A DNA stretch of 64,000 nt from a virus. The notes below the pieces were generated by a model that saw nothing but the letters and a program-made list of their open reading frames with translations, was not told the DNA's origin and ran no database searches. A program made the position numbers and the translations under genes. This document shows, piece after piece, positions 28,832 through 38,307 of this stretch (position 1 is its first letter; the number at the start of each line of letters is the position of its first letter). The stretch is from positions 96,001 to 160,000 of the IMG/VR virus record IMGVR_UViG_3300006916_000041. One strand, given 5' to 3'.

Positions 28832-29953
28832 TTATTTTTTTCTCTTGGGTATCTTACTATCAGCACTTGACACACATGCAGGTGTTGTGCAAATACGAGG
28901 TCCATCAAATAATTTAAATCCTGTTTCAATATTACCTAGTGGAACATCATGACAACTGTAGCTACGCTTGATACTACCATCAGGTTCGCGTATAATAATT
29001 CCCTGAAACCCACTGTTGCACATCCAACCTTCAAAGTTATTAAAGTTAAAAGCATTAAAACGTTCTGCCTGATCCATGTACCATTTTTTGCCATCACTGT
29101 CAGTGAACTCTACTTGCATGTGCCAGGGCACACTTTTATCGTTTTCACCTATTGCATAAGGCGGCAGTTCGAAACTAGGCCTTGGACGAGCTGCCCATTT
29201 ACGCTTTGACTCTGTATATGCCATTTGCGGCATACCGTTCCACAATCGCTGTAGCATTTCTTGTGTATAACCGTCCACGACTCTTGACGCCGTGGGGTCA
29301 GATTGGGGTTTGAGGGTAACGTTGATTCCTTGCTCGTGGAAGAAAAGAGCATTTTCCCAATCTCTTTCAAACCAGTCTGGAACCATGACCATGTTGATTG
29401 TAATTTGTACATCGTGTTCTTGACAGAGAATCAACTTGTCTGCAAAGTCTTGCATTTTCTCTCGTGTATTTAAGTGTTCTGTGTGCAAACTAGCCGTTAT
29501 ACTTGCTCTATGAAATGGTTTTGCACATTCTACATAATTTTCAAACCACTTCATGTTGCGGCTACAGTTTGATGTCATATGAATACTAGTATAATTAGTG
29601 TTAGGAACATCACTGGCAAGATGCTCCAAAATATCCAAGTAACCAGGGTGGAAAGTAGGTTCTCCGCCACTGAGACTAAAGTGGAAACTATTAAATCCGT
29701 TCTCACGAGCTTGCCTCTTTATTTCGTCTACTGTTTTGAGACATAGTTCTGTAGGTCTATGATCTTTTCTGTCGCTTCTTGCGTAGGGCCAGCAATAACT
29801 ACATTTGTAGTTGCAGAAGCGTCCCAGTAGCCAACTGACAGTAAACAAGTCTCTATATAAGAGTGTCCGTTGTCCAACTTGAACAATGTCATCATACGGG
29901 ATTTTGGTAAAGTCATATTCACTCCATTTTAGATCTTCACTGGATTGTGCCAT
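28832..29953 (-). CDS. Radical SAM enzyme with C-terminal Cys cluster
   Basis: CNYKCSYC, SGGEP; CNSG...SC...C...C. Confidence 0.92.
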   Translation of the reverse strand: MAQSSEDLKWSEYDFTKIPYDDIVQVGQRTLLYRDLFTVSWLLGRFCNYKCSYCWPYARSDRKDHRPTELCLKTVDEIKRQARENGFNSFHFSLSGGEPTFHPGYLDILEHLASDVPNTNYTSIHMTSNCSRNMKWFENYVECAKPFHRASITASLHTEHLNTREKMQDFADKLILCQEHDVQITINMVMVPDWFERDWENALFFHEQGINVTLKPQSDPTASRVVDGYTQEMLQRLWNGMPQMAYTESKRKWAARPRPSFELPPYAIGENDKSVPWHMQVEFTDSDGKKWYMDQAERFNAFNFNNFEGWMCNSGFQGIIIREPDGSIKRSYSCHDVPLGNIETGFKLFDGPRICTTPACVSSADSKIPKRKK

Positions 29954-30092
29954 CTAATCTCATCTCCAAGTATTTAATTACCTGTTCTAACATTGTTTTC
30001 ATTTCAGGATCCAGTGTCTCTTCATACATGTTACGACACTCTTCTAGTTCTAGTTCGAATAGTTTTTCAACACTCCAAACTTTATATTCCAT
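29937..30092 (-). CDS. Small hypothetical protein
   Basis: 51 aa MEYKVWSVEKL..., overlaps both neighbours. Confidence 0.55.
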   Translation of the reverse strand: MEYKVWSVEKLFELELEECRNMYEETLDPEMKTMLEQVIKYLEMRLDGTIQ

Positions 30093-30639
30093 TGTACACT
30101 TCCAAAAACTCATCAGCACCATCAGCTACATTTTTAGCCCATTCATCAGCAGCATTTTCATCTGCCATGTCACTGATATATTTCCAACTTCTAAATGGTA
30201 TACCATATTGTTTTGCAACATATGCCAGTGCCCATCCTTCCATGTCTACACAGTCTATATCAGCTCTAACAAACCACGGATCTGGCTCCGTTACAAAACT
30301 GTCACCCGTACCACAGCGTACTTGCATAGTAGGTGCTGCTGTTTTTATATCTCCCACAGTGGGTTCACTGAACGGAATAGTACCTCTAGGTGCCTGAGGT
30401 TCAGCTTGCATGTCACGCTGTACAAAGGTTCCTATTTCAGTCATTCCTTTTACCAGTGGATGAAGTCCTCCTGCTGTACCATAGTTTACAATCAAGTCTG
30501 GCTTGGTACTTTTACATAGTGCTTGTGCTAGTGCAGTTGCAGCTTGAACTTTGCCCACACCTGTATAAATCACAGGACTAGCATGTGGTAATTTATTGTG
30601 CGGTAATTCCGCTTCCAGTGCTACACATAGTAATATCAT
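30082..30639 (-). CDS. mtnN: 5'-methylthioadenosine/SAH/5'-deoxyadenosine nucleosidase
   Basis: ALEAE, TGVGKVQAA, NYGTAG, TGDSF, VDMEG, KYISDMAD. Confidence 0.85.
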   Translation of the reverse strand: MILLCVALEAELPHNKLPHASPVIYTGVGKVQAATALAQALCKSTKPDLIVNYGTAGGLHPLVKGMTEIGTFVQRDMQAEPQAPRGTIPFSEPTVGDIKTAAPTMQVRCGTGDSFVTEPDPWFVRADIDCVDMEGWALAYVAKQYGIPFRSWKYISDMADENAADEWAKNVADGADEFLEVYNGI

Positions 30640-31205
30640 AGTTCATCCCTATACCACATAGAATCCTGCATGGGATCTATGCTTATTTCGTTTATATTAA
30701 CATACTTTGGTTGATCTATCAACCACTTTATATAACCAGCAGCTTGATCTATATCCATGCAACGACGATCAGGATGCTTGTGCTGATTGTTGCTGAGTGT
30801 TCCAAAACTAATATAACTTATTTTTGGTTTGTTGCCCCACACACCACCAATAGCAAGTGTATTTGAATAATCACGCAGTGCTTTCTTTTCTGCATTGTAA
30901 AGCCATGCTTTGCCGTTCTTGACTCTGTCCGTGGTGCTACCTACAACTACTATATGTGCTTGTTTTTTGGCGTCTACAAGTGCCTTGTATACTGCATCTA
31001 GTAGCACAGTTTGTTGAAACTGCCATAGTGCAGCATTGACTATGATTACGTCACACAGAACAGCTAATTGTGCAAACTCTTGTCTACCTTGCTTGTTAGT
31101 GAGTTCATATTCATTTCGACGGCTACAAAATGTTGCATCTGGATACATTTTATGCAATGCTTGCGCTAGTCCAAAGTTTGGATTTCCGCTTATTAATATT
31201 TTCAT
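30636..31205 (-). CDS. Short-chain dehydrogenase/reductase
   Basis: ISG...GLA, VNA, VGS, YNAEK (YxxxK). Confidence 0.8.
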   Translation of the reverse strand: MKILISGNPNFGLAQALHKMYPDATFCSRRNEYELTNKQGRQEFAQLAVLCDVIIVNAALWQFQQTVLLDAVYKALVDAKKQAHIVVVGSTTDRVKNGKAWLYNAEKKALRDYSNTLAIGGVWGNKPKISYISFGTLSNNQHKHPDRRCMDIDQAAGYIKWLIDQPKYVNINEISIDPMQDSMWYRDEL

Positions 31206-31210
31206 AATGA

Positions 31211-31230
31211 TATTTATTTTTTAATAAATA
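31211..31230. promoter_or_regulatory. Back-to-back divergent late promoters
   Basis: TATTTATT-TTTT-AATAAATA between divergent SDR and nitroreductase genes. Confidence 0.65.
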
Positions 31231-31250
31231 CACATAGAAGGAGAACAAAA

Positions 31251-31895
31251 ATGTTTTTAACAGATGACGCAAACACCCATATTAAAAAAGCTGTAATTCG
31301 TAGCCAACATGTTCAAAGAAATTGGGATCTTGAAAAGGAGATGCCACAAGACGATGTTGATCTTCTGGTACATGCGGCAACTAATTGCCCAAGTAAGCAA
31401 AACTTTAGATTTTATGATTTGCATGTTATTCAAGATAGAGATACAATTGAAAGAATTTATTCTCACACCAAAGGCTTAGGAATAACTAATCCCGAAACAG
31501 GCAAAGCAGAGTTCACAACCAATAGTCAAGTATTAGCTCATACTCTATTTGTATTTACAGACACTGTCAGATCTGAAAGATACGTTCAAAAATGGAAAGA
31601 AGATGATTTTGCGATGGACTTTAACTGGAAACGTGATCAAGACATGGCTGTAGGAATTGCAGCTGGTTATATCAATGTAATCGCAAGTCAATTAGGTTAC
31701 GGTACAGGTTGTTGTGCATGTTTCGAGTCTGACAAAGTTGTTGAAGAATTAGGTTTAAGTTCTAGCGAAACTCATGTTATACTTATGATGGGTGTAGGAA
31801 TTAAAGGCAGCGATAAAAATCGTAGAATTCACCAAGAAACTGGTGTAATGATGCCAACACACACCAAAGAACCTATTAATGTAACTTACATATAG
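31251..31895 (+). CDS. Nitroreductase-family flavoprotein
   Basis: QRNWD, AATNCPSKQN, GIAAG...ASQLG; AAGGAG RBS. Confidence 0.8.
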   Translation: MFLTDDANTHIKKAVIRSQHVQRNWDLEKEMPQDDVDLLVHAATNCPSKQNFRFYDLHVIQDRDTIERIYSHTKGLGITNPETGKAEFTTNSQVLAHTLFVFTDTVRSERYVQKWKEDDFAMDFNWKRDQDMAVGIAAGYINVIASQLGYGTGCCACFESDKVVEELGLSSSETHVILMMGVGIKGSDKNRRIHQETGVMMPTHTKEPINVTYI

Positions 31896-31899
31896 AAAG

Positions 31900-33078
31900 T
31901 TACTCAACAACATAATTATATACATCTGGCTCTATCAGGGCCAGATCTACTTTTCTTACTTTTTTGTAATAATCTACGTATTCTTTTAGTAAGTATTTTT
32001 TATCTTGATTTTTTCCAACAGATGCAATAAGTTCTTCAAAACTTAATCCGTCAAATGTTAACTTTATACTATTTGAAAACTCTTGTGCTTCGATCAAGTA
32101 CTTTACAAAACTTTCATCTAATACACTAATACTAAATGCCATCGGTTCGTATATCTGACTTAGTTGCACGCCTACAGATTTGTTAGGAAAATCCAGTTTC
32201 ATCTGATGTATATATTCTAAATAGTTTTTTAGTTTTGTTATACCCAAACTATTAACAGTTAAATGAAATTGAATTCTATCTACAGAACTTTGGAAAAATT
32301 TGTTTAAATTGCTTTTAAAATTATTCCAATCGGATCCATATCTGATAGCCTCACTTGTTTGTCCTATAGATTCATTACTAACACTCAATTGAAAATAAAG
32401 ATTAGTGTGTTTATATTTTTCTTTCAAACTGTTTATTTCTTGTACATATTTGTCTATCATATTTTTAGGAGTATTGCAATTAGTAAACACATTGAGTAAA
32501 AATGATGTTTTATGATCAGTTGTTAATTTAAAATATTCATCTACTAGGGGTGTCAGATGATTATTCTTAAATAAGTCATTGAAAAACGGCTCACCGCCAA
32601 GCAATATAAGTTCTACTCTATCTACATCTTTTGCTCGTTCAGCTGCCTGTCTTAATGCACGATAGATGTAATCCAACGATTGTTGCAAAGTTGCATTATT
32701 AGGCTCAGCTTCAAGAGAACTAAGATGCTTGTATTCATCTGGTGCATTTTTTGCTTCAGCTTCCCATACACTACTTAAATTACCATAGCAATATCCACAG
32801 GCTAAGTTACACGTATTATCTAGTGTAATTTCTATTTTAAAAATTTTATTTTTTGTATGAACTTCATTACCTTGATCACGCCAAGACCTAATACCTTGTT
32901 GTTCTGCATTTTCACACATAAAACATTCTTCTGGAAAATCGCCACTGTCTAAAATATTAACAACTTGCTTGTGCCTGTCTATATTTTCGATAGGCATTTT
33001 CATCTTAGCACACTTTCCCAATTTCTTTTCGTTTAGTCTTAGATGTAATTCCGAATGAACTCGCTCACAAAATTTCAT
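31900..33078 (-). CDS. Radical SAM enzyme, N-terminal Cys (twitch-like) domain
   Basis: C...C...CFMC, then CNLACGYC, GGEP. Confidence 0.9.
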   Translation of the reverse strand: MKFCERVHSELHLRLNEKKLGKCAKMKMPIENIDRHKQVVNILDSGDFPEECFMCENAEQQGIRSWRDQGNEVHTKNKIFKIEITLDNTCNLACGYCYGNLSSVWEAEAKNAPDEYKHLSSLEAEPNNATLQQSLDYIYRALRQAAERAKDVDRVELILLGGEPFFNDLFKNNHLTPLVDEYFKLTTDHKTSFLLNVFTNCNTPKNMIDKYVQEINSLKEKYKHTNLYFQLSVSNESIGQTSEAIRYGSDWNNFKSNLNKFFQSSVDRIQFHLTVNSLGITKLKNYLEYIHQMKLDFPNKSVGVQLSQIYEPMAFSISVLDESFVKYLIEAQEFSNSIKLTFDGLSFEELIASVGKNQDKKYLLKEYVDYYKKVRKVDLALIEPDVYNYVVE

Positions 33079-33856
33079 TACAAAGCTCGTTTTCATGGTT
33101 GTGAATAGTTATAGTACCAAAGCCGACGATTGCTCTTTTATATTCGTTTGCTTTTTCATAACTAGCAGGTATAAACTTACTGCTTAAAAACCAGCTGCTA
33201 CTGTGCCATCTTGCAGGATCAAACAACATCATTGTACCTAATTTCCATTCATAAGCACTGTGTACTTTAAGTTCTGCAAACTCTGTCAGATATCCACTAG
33301 CAATTGGATGATACTTTAAAACTTCAGGATCATAATGCCAAAACTTCCAATCGTTGCCTCTATAATGAACAACATCTTCTAAATTTTTCACATGACGCAT
33401 TTCTCCATGTTTATAAATTAACTTACTGCCAGTAGTTTCCATTCTATCATAGTTCACAGTGTACGGAACACATCCTTTTGTGTTCCATTCCAGTGGGATA
33501 ATAATACCTGCTGCAATTTTAATTGTGTGTGAATCTCTAGTGTCGGGTTCTTGAGGATGTGCGTATGTCTCAGATACATAATCAGTGTGCAACCCTGCTG
33601 GTTCTCCACTGTGGAAATATTCCCAAGTCCAATCCATGCGGATCCCCATGCGAGAATCTAAAATGTTATTCAACTCTTCTATTCGCGATTTGTCTGGAAT
33701 TTTAGCAAATCTATTCAGATCATTGGCGCCTCTGATTTTGCAATCGCCTGTTTTAATCGCATCTTCTAAAGCTCGCTTGTGCCATTCAATATCTATATCA
33801 ATTAGATGACTGCCTGGTCCTATTTTACTGTCTGGATATACATAAAGTTTTTCCAT
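33065..33856 (-). CDS. Putative 2OG-Fe(II) oxygenase
   Basis: LHTD, IIPL, W..G....FD...WHSS. Confidence 0.65.
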   Translation of the reverse strand: MEKLYVYPDSKIGPGSHLIDIDIEWHKRALEDAIKTGDCKIRGANDLNRFAKIPDKSRIEELNNILDSRMGIRMDWTWEYFHSGEPAGLHTDYVSETYAHPQEPDTRDSHTIKIAAGIIIPLEWNTKGCVPYTVNYDRMETTGSKLIYKHGEMRHVKNLEDVVHYRGNDWKFWHYDPEVLKYHPIASGYLTEFAELKVHSAYEWKLGTMMLFDPARWHSSSWFLSSKFIPASYEKANEYKRAIVGFGTITIHNHENELCNEIL

Positions 33857-35128
33857 TTAACTATCCTTTTGTTTTATGTAGCAAGATTTTGTAAAAAATT
33901 TAGGCTGATTTAAATTTACACTATCTGCAAATACTAATGTATCTTTTTTAAGTTGCGAAACAACAAGATCTTGTCGAGCTGATCTATAGTCTTTACTGTA
34001 TAATATACTAGATGGTTTATAATGAAAAATATTACTTAACCATAGTAGATCACACGACCCTTGACAAAAATCTGCAAAGCAACTTACATCATCTTTCATT
34101 ATATCTATATTTAAGAATTTTACAGTTACGCAAGTTCGAAATTCATTGAACCATTCGGCGAACTGTTGTTCACTTCCCCAAAACTGTACAAAATTATCCC
34201 AGGTATCAAAGTCATCAGCTACAACATCAAAGTCAGTATTTTGACTAATAAATTCGGGATAATTAGTGCCATCCCAATCTTTATAAATTTTTTCCATCAT
34301 GTGTAAACTATACTTGTCCCAATCAAAAAATAACAAATTGATCGTGTCGCTGTATCCACAATGTTTAATAACTTTCAAATGATTTAATCCTGCACTCACA
34401 CTAGCAAAATTGTCCAGCGGAGCATCGGGTAAATTTTCAAATTTTATACGCTCAGTGTTAAACATGTAATACTTTTGTTTAAAATTAAAATCTAATATAT
34501 CTTGCATATTGTCGTCATCTTCATACGGATAAGCATACATTTTACTGCGTCTTATTTTATCGTTAAAACTTTTTATTGTATATCCAGCATCTAAAAATGA
34601 TTTTATGAAATTATATCCTTGTTTTAAGTTTTTATATGTTTTTACTTTTTCTCCTGGAGCTATCCAAAACGGTGTATAGTTGTCATGATGATTGTCAGTT
34701 GATCTAACTGGAACTTCACAAGTTAGTTCGTCAGCCCAATGCCCGTATGTTGGACAACCTATTTGTCGCCACACATCTGCATTAAAATAAAAACATTGAT
34801 TATGAAGTTCGTAATATCTTTCTTTTTTATCTAATATATGACCAACCAACACATCGTCGTCGGTGATATTTTCTACTAGCTTTTGAATAAACTGACCTGC
34901 TACTTCTAGATCATTTCCAATATCAATTATTACAACATGCTTGTGAGTACTCCAATTTTCTACAAAATCTAGTGCAGATTCCATATATGTGAATGTCTTT
35001 GTTTTTGCATATATGCCTATCTCTTTTTCCCAGTATTGCAAAAGATTCAAGCAATATGTTTCTGTATCTTTGTTTTTAATATACTCGGTATTATCTAGGA
35101 ATATGAATAAATAATCATTAAGTAGCAT
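33857..35128 (-). CDS. Hypothetical protein (paralog of 21343-22476)
   Basis: GHILD, LHNQC, HHDNYTP, SVSAG...DWDG, WLSNIFHY. Confidence 0.75.
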   Translation of the reverse strand: MLLNDYLFIFLDNTEYIKNKDTETYCLNLLQYWEKEIGIYAKTKTFTYMESALDFVENWSTHKHVVIIDIGNDLEVAGQFIQKLVENITDDDVLVGHILDKKERYYELHNQCFYFNADVWRQIGCPTYGHWADELTCEVPVRSTDNHHDNYTPFWIAPGEKVKTYKNLKQGYNFIKSFLDAGYTIKSFNDKIRRSKMYAYPYEDDDNMQDILDFNFKQKYYMFNTERIKFENLPDAPLDNFASVSAGLNHLKVIKHCGYSDTINLLFFDWDKYSLHMMEKIYKDWDGTNYPEFISQNTDFDVVADDFDTWDNFVQFWGSEQQFAEWFNEFRTCVTVKFLNIDIMKDDVSCFADFCQGSCDLLWLSNIFHYKPSSILYSKDYRSARQDLVVSQLKKDTLVFADSVNLNQPKFFTKSCYIKQKDS

Positions 35129-35133
35129 GTTAA

Positions 35134-35141
35134 TATTTATA
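35134..35141 (-). promoter_or_regulatory. T4-type late promoter
   Basis: TATAAATA, 5 nt before ATG at 35128. Confidence 0.7.
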
Positions 35142-35151
35142 TAGGAAAAAT

Positions 35152-35829
35152 ATGAAAGAGTTTATAGAAGAATTCAACTATCCTGCGATCATTGAAAAAG
35201 ACAACAGCATCACTGATGTAAAACAATTAACAAGAACAAACAATATTCCGTTTTTACCTATAACTGGATTTGAAAACGCAGACTGGGAAGCGATGTACAG
35301 AGAAGCAAAAAACTTGTCTAAGTTGTATGTACATCACAGATCAGGAGATAGCGAAGGCTGGCAGAGTTTGTGCATACACGGTCTGAGTAGTGTACACACT
35401 GACCATCATCCATATTATGGATTTCCGGATAGAGAAACTGCTCCTTATCGCTGGACCGACATAGCAGATTGGTGTCCTACAATAACTAAATTTTTCAAAC
35501 AAACATTTGACTACACCGAGTATGCAAGAATAAGAATTATGAAATTATGTGCAGGAGGATATATTGCACCTCATCGTGATGTTGAAGACATAAATGAGGC
35601 ACGATTAGGTCCGATAAACATCGCACTCAATAACCCAGAGCAGTGCAAGTTTTACATGAAAGACGTAGGCTATCTTCCATTCGAACAAGGAAGTGTTATA
35701 AAACTTAACTTATTCAATAAACATTGTGTATACAATGACAGCGATGAAGATAGATATCACTTGATAGCGCACGGCAAAGCAGGATCATCTTGGCGTGATC
35801 GTATTTGGAACAGCTACTTACAATTGTAA
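35152..35829 (+). CDS. Asp/Asn beta-hydroxylase-like 2OG oxygenase
   Basis: RIRIMKL..GGYIAPHRD, HCVYN...RYHLI. Confidence 0.85.
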   Translation: MKEFIEEFNYPAIIEKDNSITDVKQLTRTNNIPFLPITGFENADWEAMYREAKNLSKLYVHHRSGDSEGWQSLCIHGLSSVHTDHHPYYGFPDRETAPYRWTDIADWCPTITKFFKQTFDYTEYARIRIMKLCAGGYIAPHRDVEDINEARLGPINIALNNPEQCKFYMKDVGYLPFEQGSVIKLNLFNKHCVYNDSDEDRYHLIAHGKAGSSWRDRIWNSYLQL

Positions 35830-36971
35830 ATATTCAATGGTGTTTTTACCTAATACCTGTTTAGGCATTTGACGTTGTTCTAAAAACCATTTAACACTGC
35901 TTTTAGTTTTATCAATTAAATGCTGTTGATTGAGATCTTTATAATTATCTAGTACATATTCTATTGTAGTACAAGAATGTCTGTCGTTATTATTAAGTTT
36001 TTAAGTGTATCATACAATATAGACTCAGGCAATACTTTAAAGTCTAATTCGCTTCCTATAGGTTTTAAATCAAAATTAAAACTATAACTAGGAAACTGTT
36101 CGAATACTTGTATTATATCAGGCAAGTATTCAAAATTAAAAACAGTAACTAAATTATCTACATTTACAAATGAACTTTCGGGTTTGTTGTCTAATAGATA
36201 TTGTGTATTTTTTAATGCTTTATCCCAGTTGTGTGGCCATCTAATAAAGTTATAGTTTTCGTTTATACTATCCAGACTAACAGTTACATTACTAGACTTC
36301 ACTTTGTGTAAATTATCAATTATTTTTTTATTCATAACAGTAGCGTTAGTAGTAAACGTAAGTCCCATATCGTTACATGCACCGCTGTCAATGACTTTTC
36401 CTATTTCATTCCAGTTTTCCGCTAGCAATGGCTCTCCACCAATTACTTTGAGTGTACCTACACGTCTATTGGCTATAAAGTCACTCACAACACGAGCTAC
36501 GTCTACAGGCTTACCGTTTACTTCAGGACTATGACCCCACTTGCCTGGAAGTATTGTTTTGTCTGTAACGTTGCTTGTAATTTTTTCAATTAAACTACTG
36601 ACTGTAGGACTGCAAAATGGACATGCAAGATTACATGTATTACCTACTACTACATCTAATATATGATAATCCACTGCGTCATTTTTCTTCCAATGATACA
36701 TAGGATTTACACCTCCGCTACGTTCAGCAGTCTCGCACGGAACACACGCAGGATGAAAAGTTGTGTGCGTATTTTGCCAATCTATAAAATGATGCCTATT
36801 GTCGTGGTTTTCTAAATCTTCCCAACTGTTGCATTCTACCCACTGCTGATATTTTCTATCTATATTAAATCCATGCATATGACAACAAGGTCTTGATTTA
36901 AAATAAAGTTTATCGTTCTTTGTGGTAAACTCTACTCGCAGTGCCTTAGAAATCCACTCGCAGTTAACCAT
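35818..36971 (-). CDS. Radical SAM enzyme with N-terminal twitch-like domain; frameshift near C-terminus (ends at 35961 as sequenced)
   Basis: PCC...CVPC, CNLACPFC, GGEP; a -1 frame continues 59 codons after the A5 run at 35998-36002. Confidence 0.8.
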
Positions 36972-38307
36972 TAAACAAATCCTTGTATTGAGGAACAATA
37001 TCTAGAATATTTTGATTACGTATTTTGTCTAATTTTACAGTGTAACGAATAAATTCATCTAACCATTCTTCACTGTAATCTTCACTGAGCATAAACTTTT
37101 CCACACCATCCAATAACTTAACAAAATTATTTTTAATATGGTCATTGTAATCAGTTGTTTGAATCCACTGCCTAAATGTATCATAGTGTGCAACAACCTG
37201 TTGTTTTAATTGAGGAGGTAATACTTTTACATTGTAATATTTTGGACTGTGGCACATGTGATGTGTCACAATTGGTCTTGGACCAGTAACTGGATTATAA
37301 CTGTCTAATCCACTTTCTTCTAGTTTCCAGCGCATAAATTCAGGAAAATGAAATACGTTATATGGTGTAACTGTAAATGCGTACCATGCTTTTAAATTAA
37401 CATCAGCTTGTTCTAAACGTTGCATATTTCTATAAACTGCTTGCCATTTTGCAGGAGTGCGCTGATAATCAAACACAGCACCAAATCCATCGATGCTAAC
37501 GCCAATACGCACTTGTTTAAACTGTTCCCACAAATGAATGAGTTTGTCAGGCACCATTGTTAAATTGGTATTATATTCTAACCTAACTTTATTTGCACGA
37601 CCACTAGCAACCAAACGTTCTAAACTTTCTGTGTGTTCATCAATAATAAGAGGCTCTCCGCCTACAATATATATTTTTTTACTGTAAGGAGCATATTTTT
37701 CAAAGTTATCCCAATACACATTGTTTTGCTGAAACCAATCATATTGATCTGTACTCCAACGACCTTTTGCATTTTTGACAAGTTGTATTTTCTCATGTGT
37801 ATCCTTGTAGTGTGTTCTGTCATGTAATTTTACATAATCATCATACCAAGTATGACTGTCAGTAGGGCCGCACATTCTACATTTGAGATTGCAAAAGTTT
37901 CCATATCTGATGTCAATAAATTCTATATCTTGTTTGCTTGTGTCTATTGTACCGTCTTGGTCTGTGAAACTTTGTACTTTTTCTAAACTCAAATCTCCAA
38001 ACCATTTACCCCAGTCTTCGTTTTCATATTCACGTCGACTGCGTATACCATTTAGTTCTTCTTGTCTACAGCGTTCACATTCTGGATGCCATTCGCCTTT
38101 CATCATTGACTGACGAACTTGTTTTAGTAAAGGAGCATTACGAGCTTTGTTCCAATCATCTTTGCCAGCATTGTATGTTTCACCTGTTTCTTTTTTCATA
38201 ATGCCACGCTGAGGACTATAGCTGTTTGTGTTACAACAGATACGCAAATCCCCATTGTTTCTCAGATTAATACTGTTCCAAGGTAGTGGACAAAATGTAC
38301 AACTCAT
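36964..38307 (-). CDS. N-terminal-twitch radical SAM enzyme
   Basis: FCPLPW...ICC...CERC; CNLKCRMC; GGEP; YNTN. Confidence 0.93.
   Translation of the reverse strand: MSCTFCPLPWNSINLRNNGDLRICCNTNSYSPQRGIMKKETGETYNAGKDDWNKARNAPLLKQVRQSMMKGEWHPECERCRQEELNGIRSRREYENEDWGKWFGDLSLEKVQSFTDQDGTIDTSKQDIEFIDIRYGNFCNLKCRMCGPTDSHTWYDDYVKLHDRTHYKDTHEKIQLVKNAKGRWSTDQYDWFQQNNVYWDNFEKYAPYSKKIYIVGGEPLIIDEHTESLERLVASGRANKVRLEYNTNLTMVPDKLIHLWEQFKQVRIGVSIDGFGAVFDYQRTPAKWQAVYRNMQRLEQADVNLKAWYAFTVTPYNVFHFPEFMRWKLEESGLDSYNPVTGPRPIVTHHMCHSPKYYNVKVLPPQLKQQVVAHYDTFRQWIQTTDYNDHIKNNFVKLLDGVEKFMLSEDYSEEWLDEFIRYTVKLDKIRNQNILDIVPQYKDLFNG

Noticed and set aside
29947-30519. 190 aa + strand ORF and other antisense ORFs (e.g. 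16340-16861, 47732-48145, 52100-52468)
   Set aside because: Shadows of well-supported genes on the opposite strand, with no motifs or RBS.
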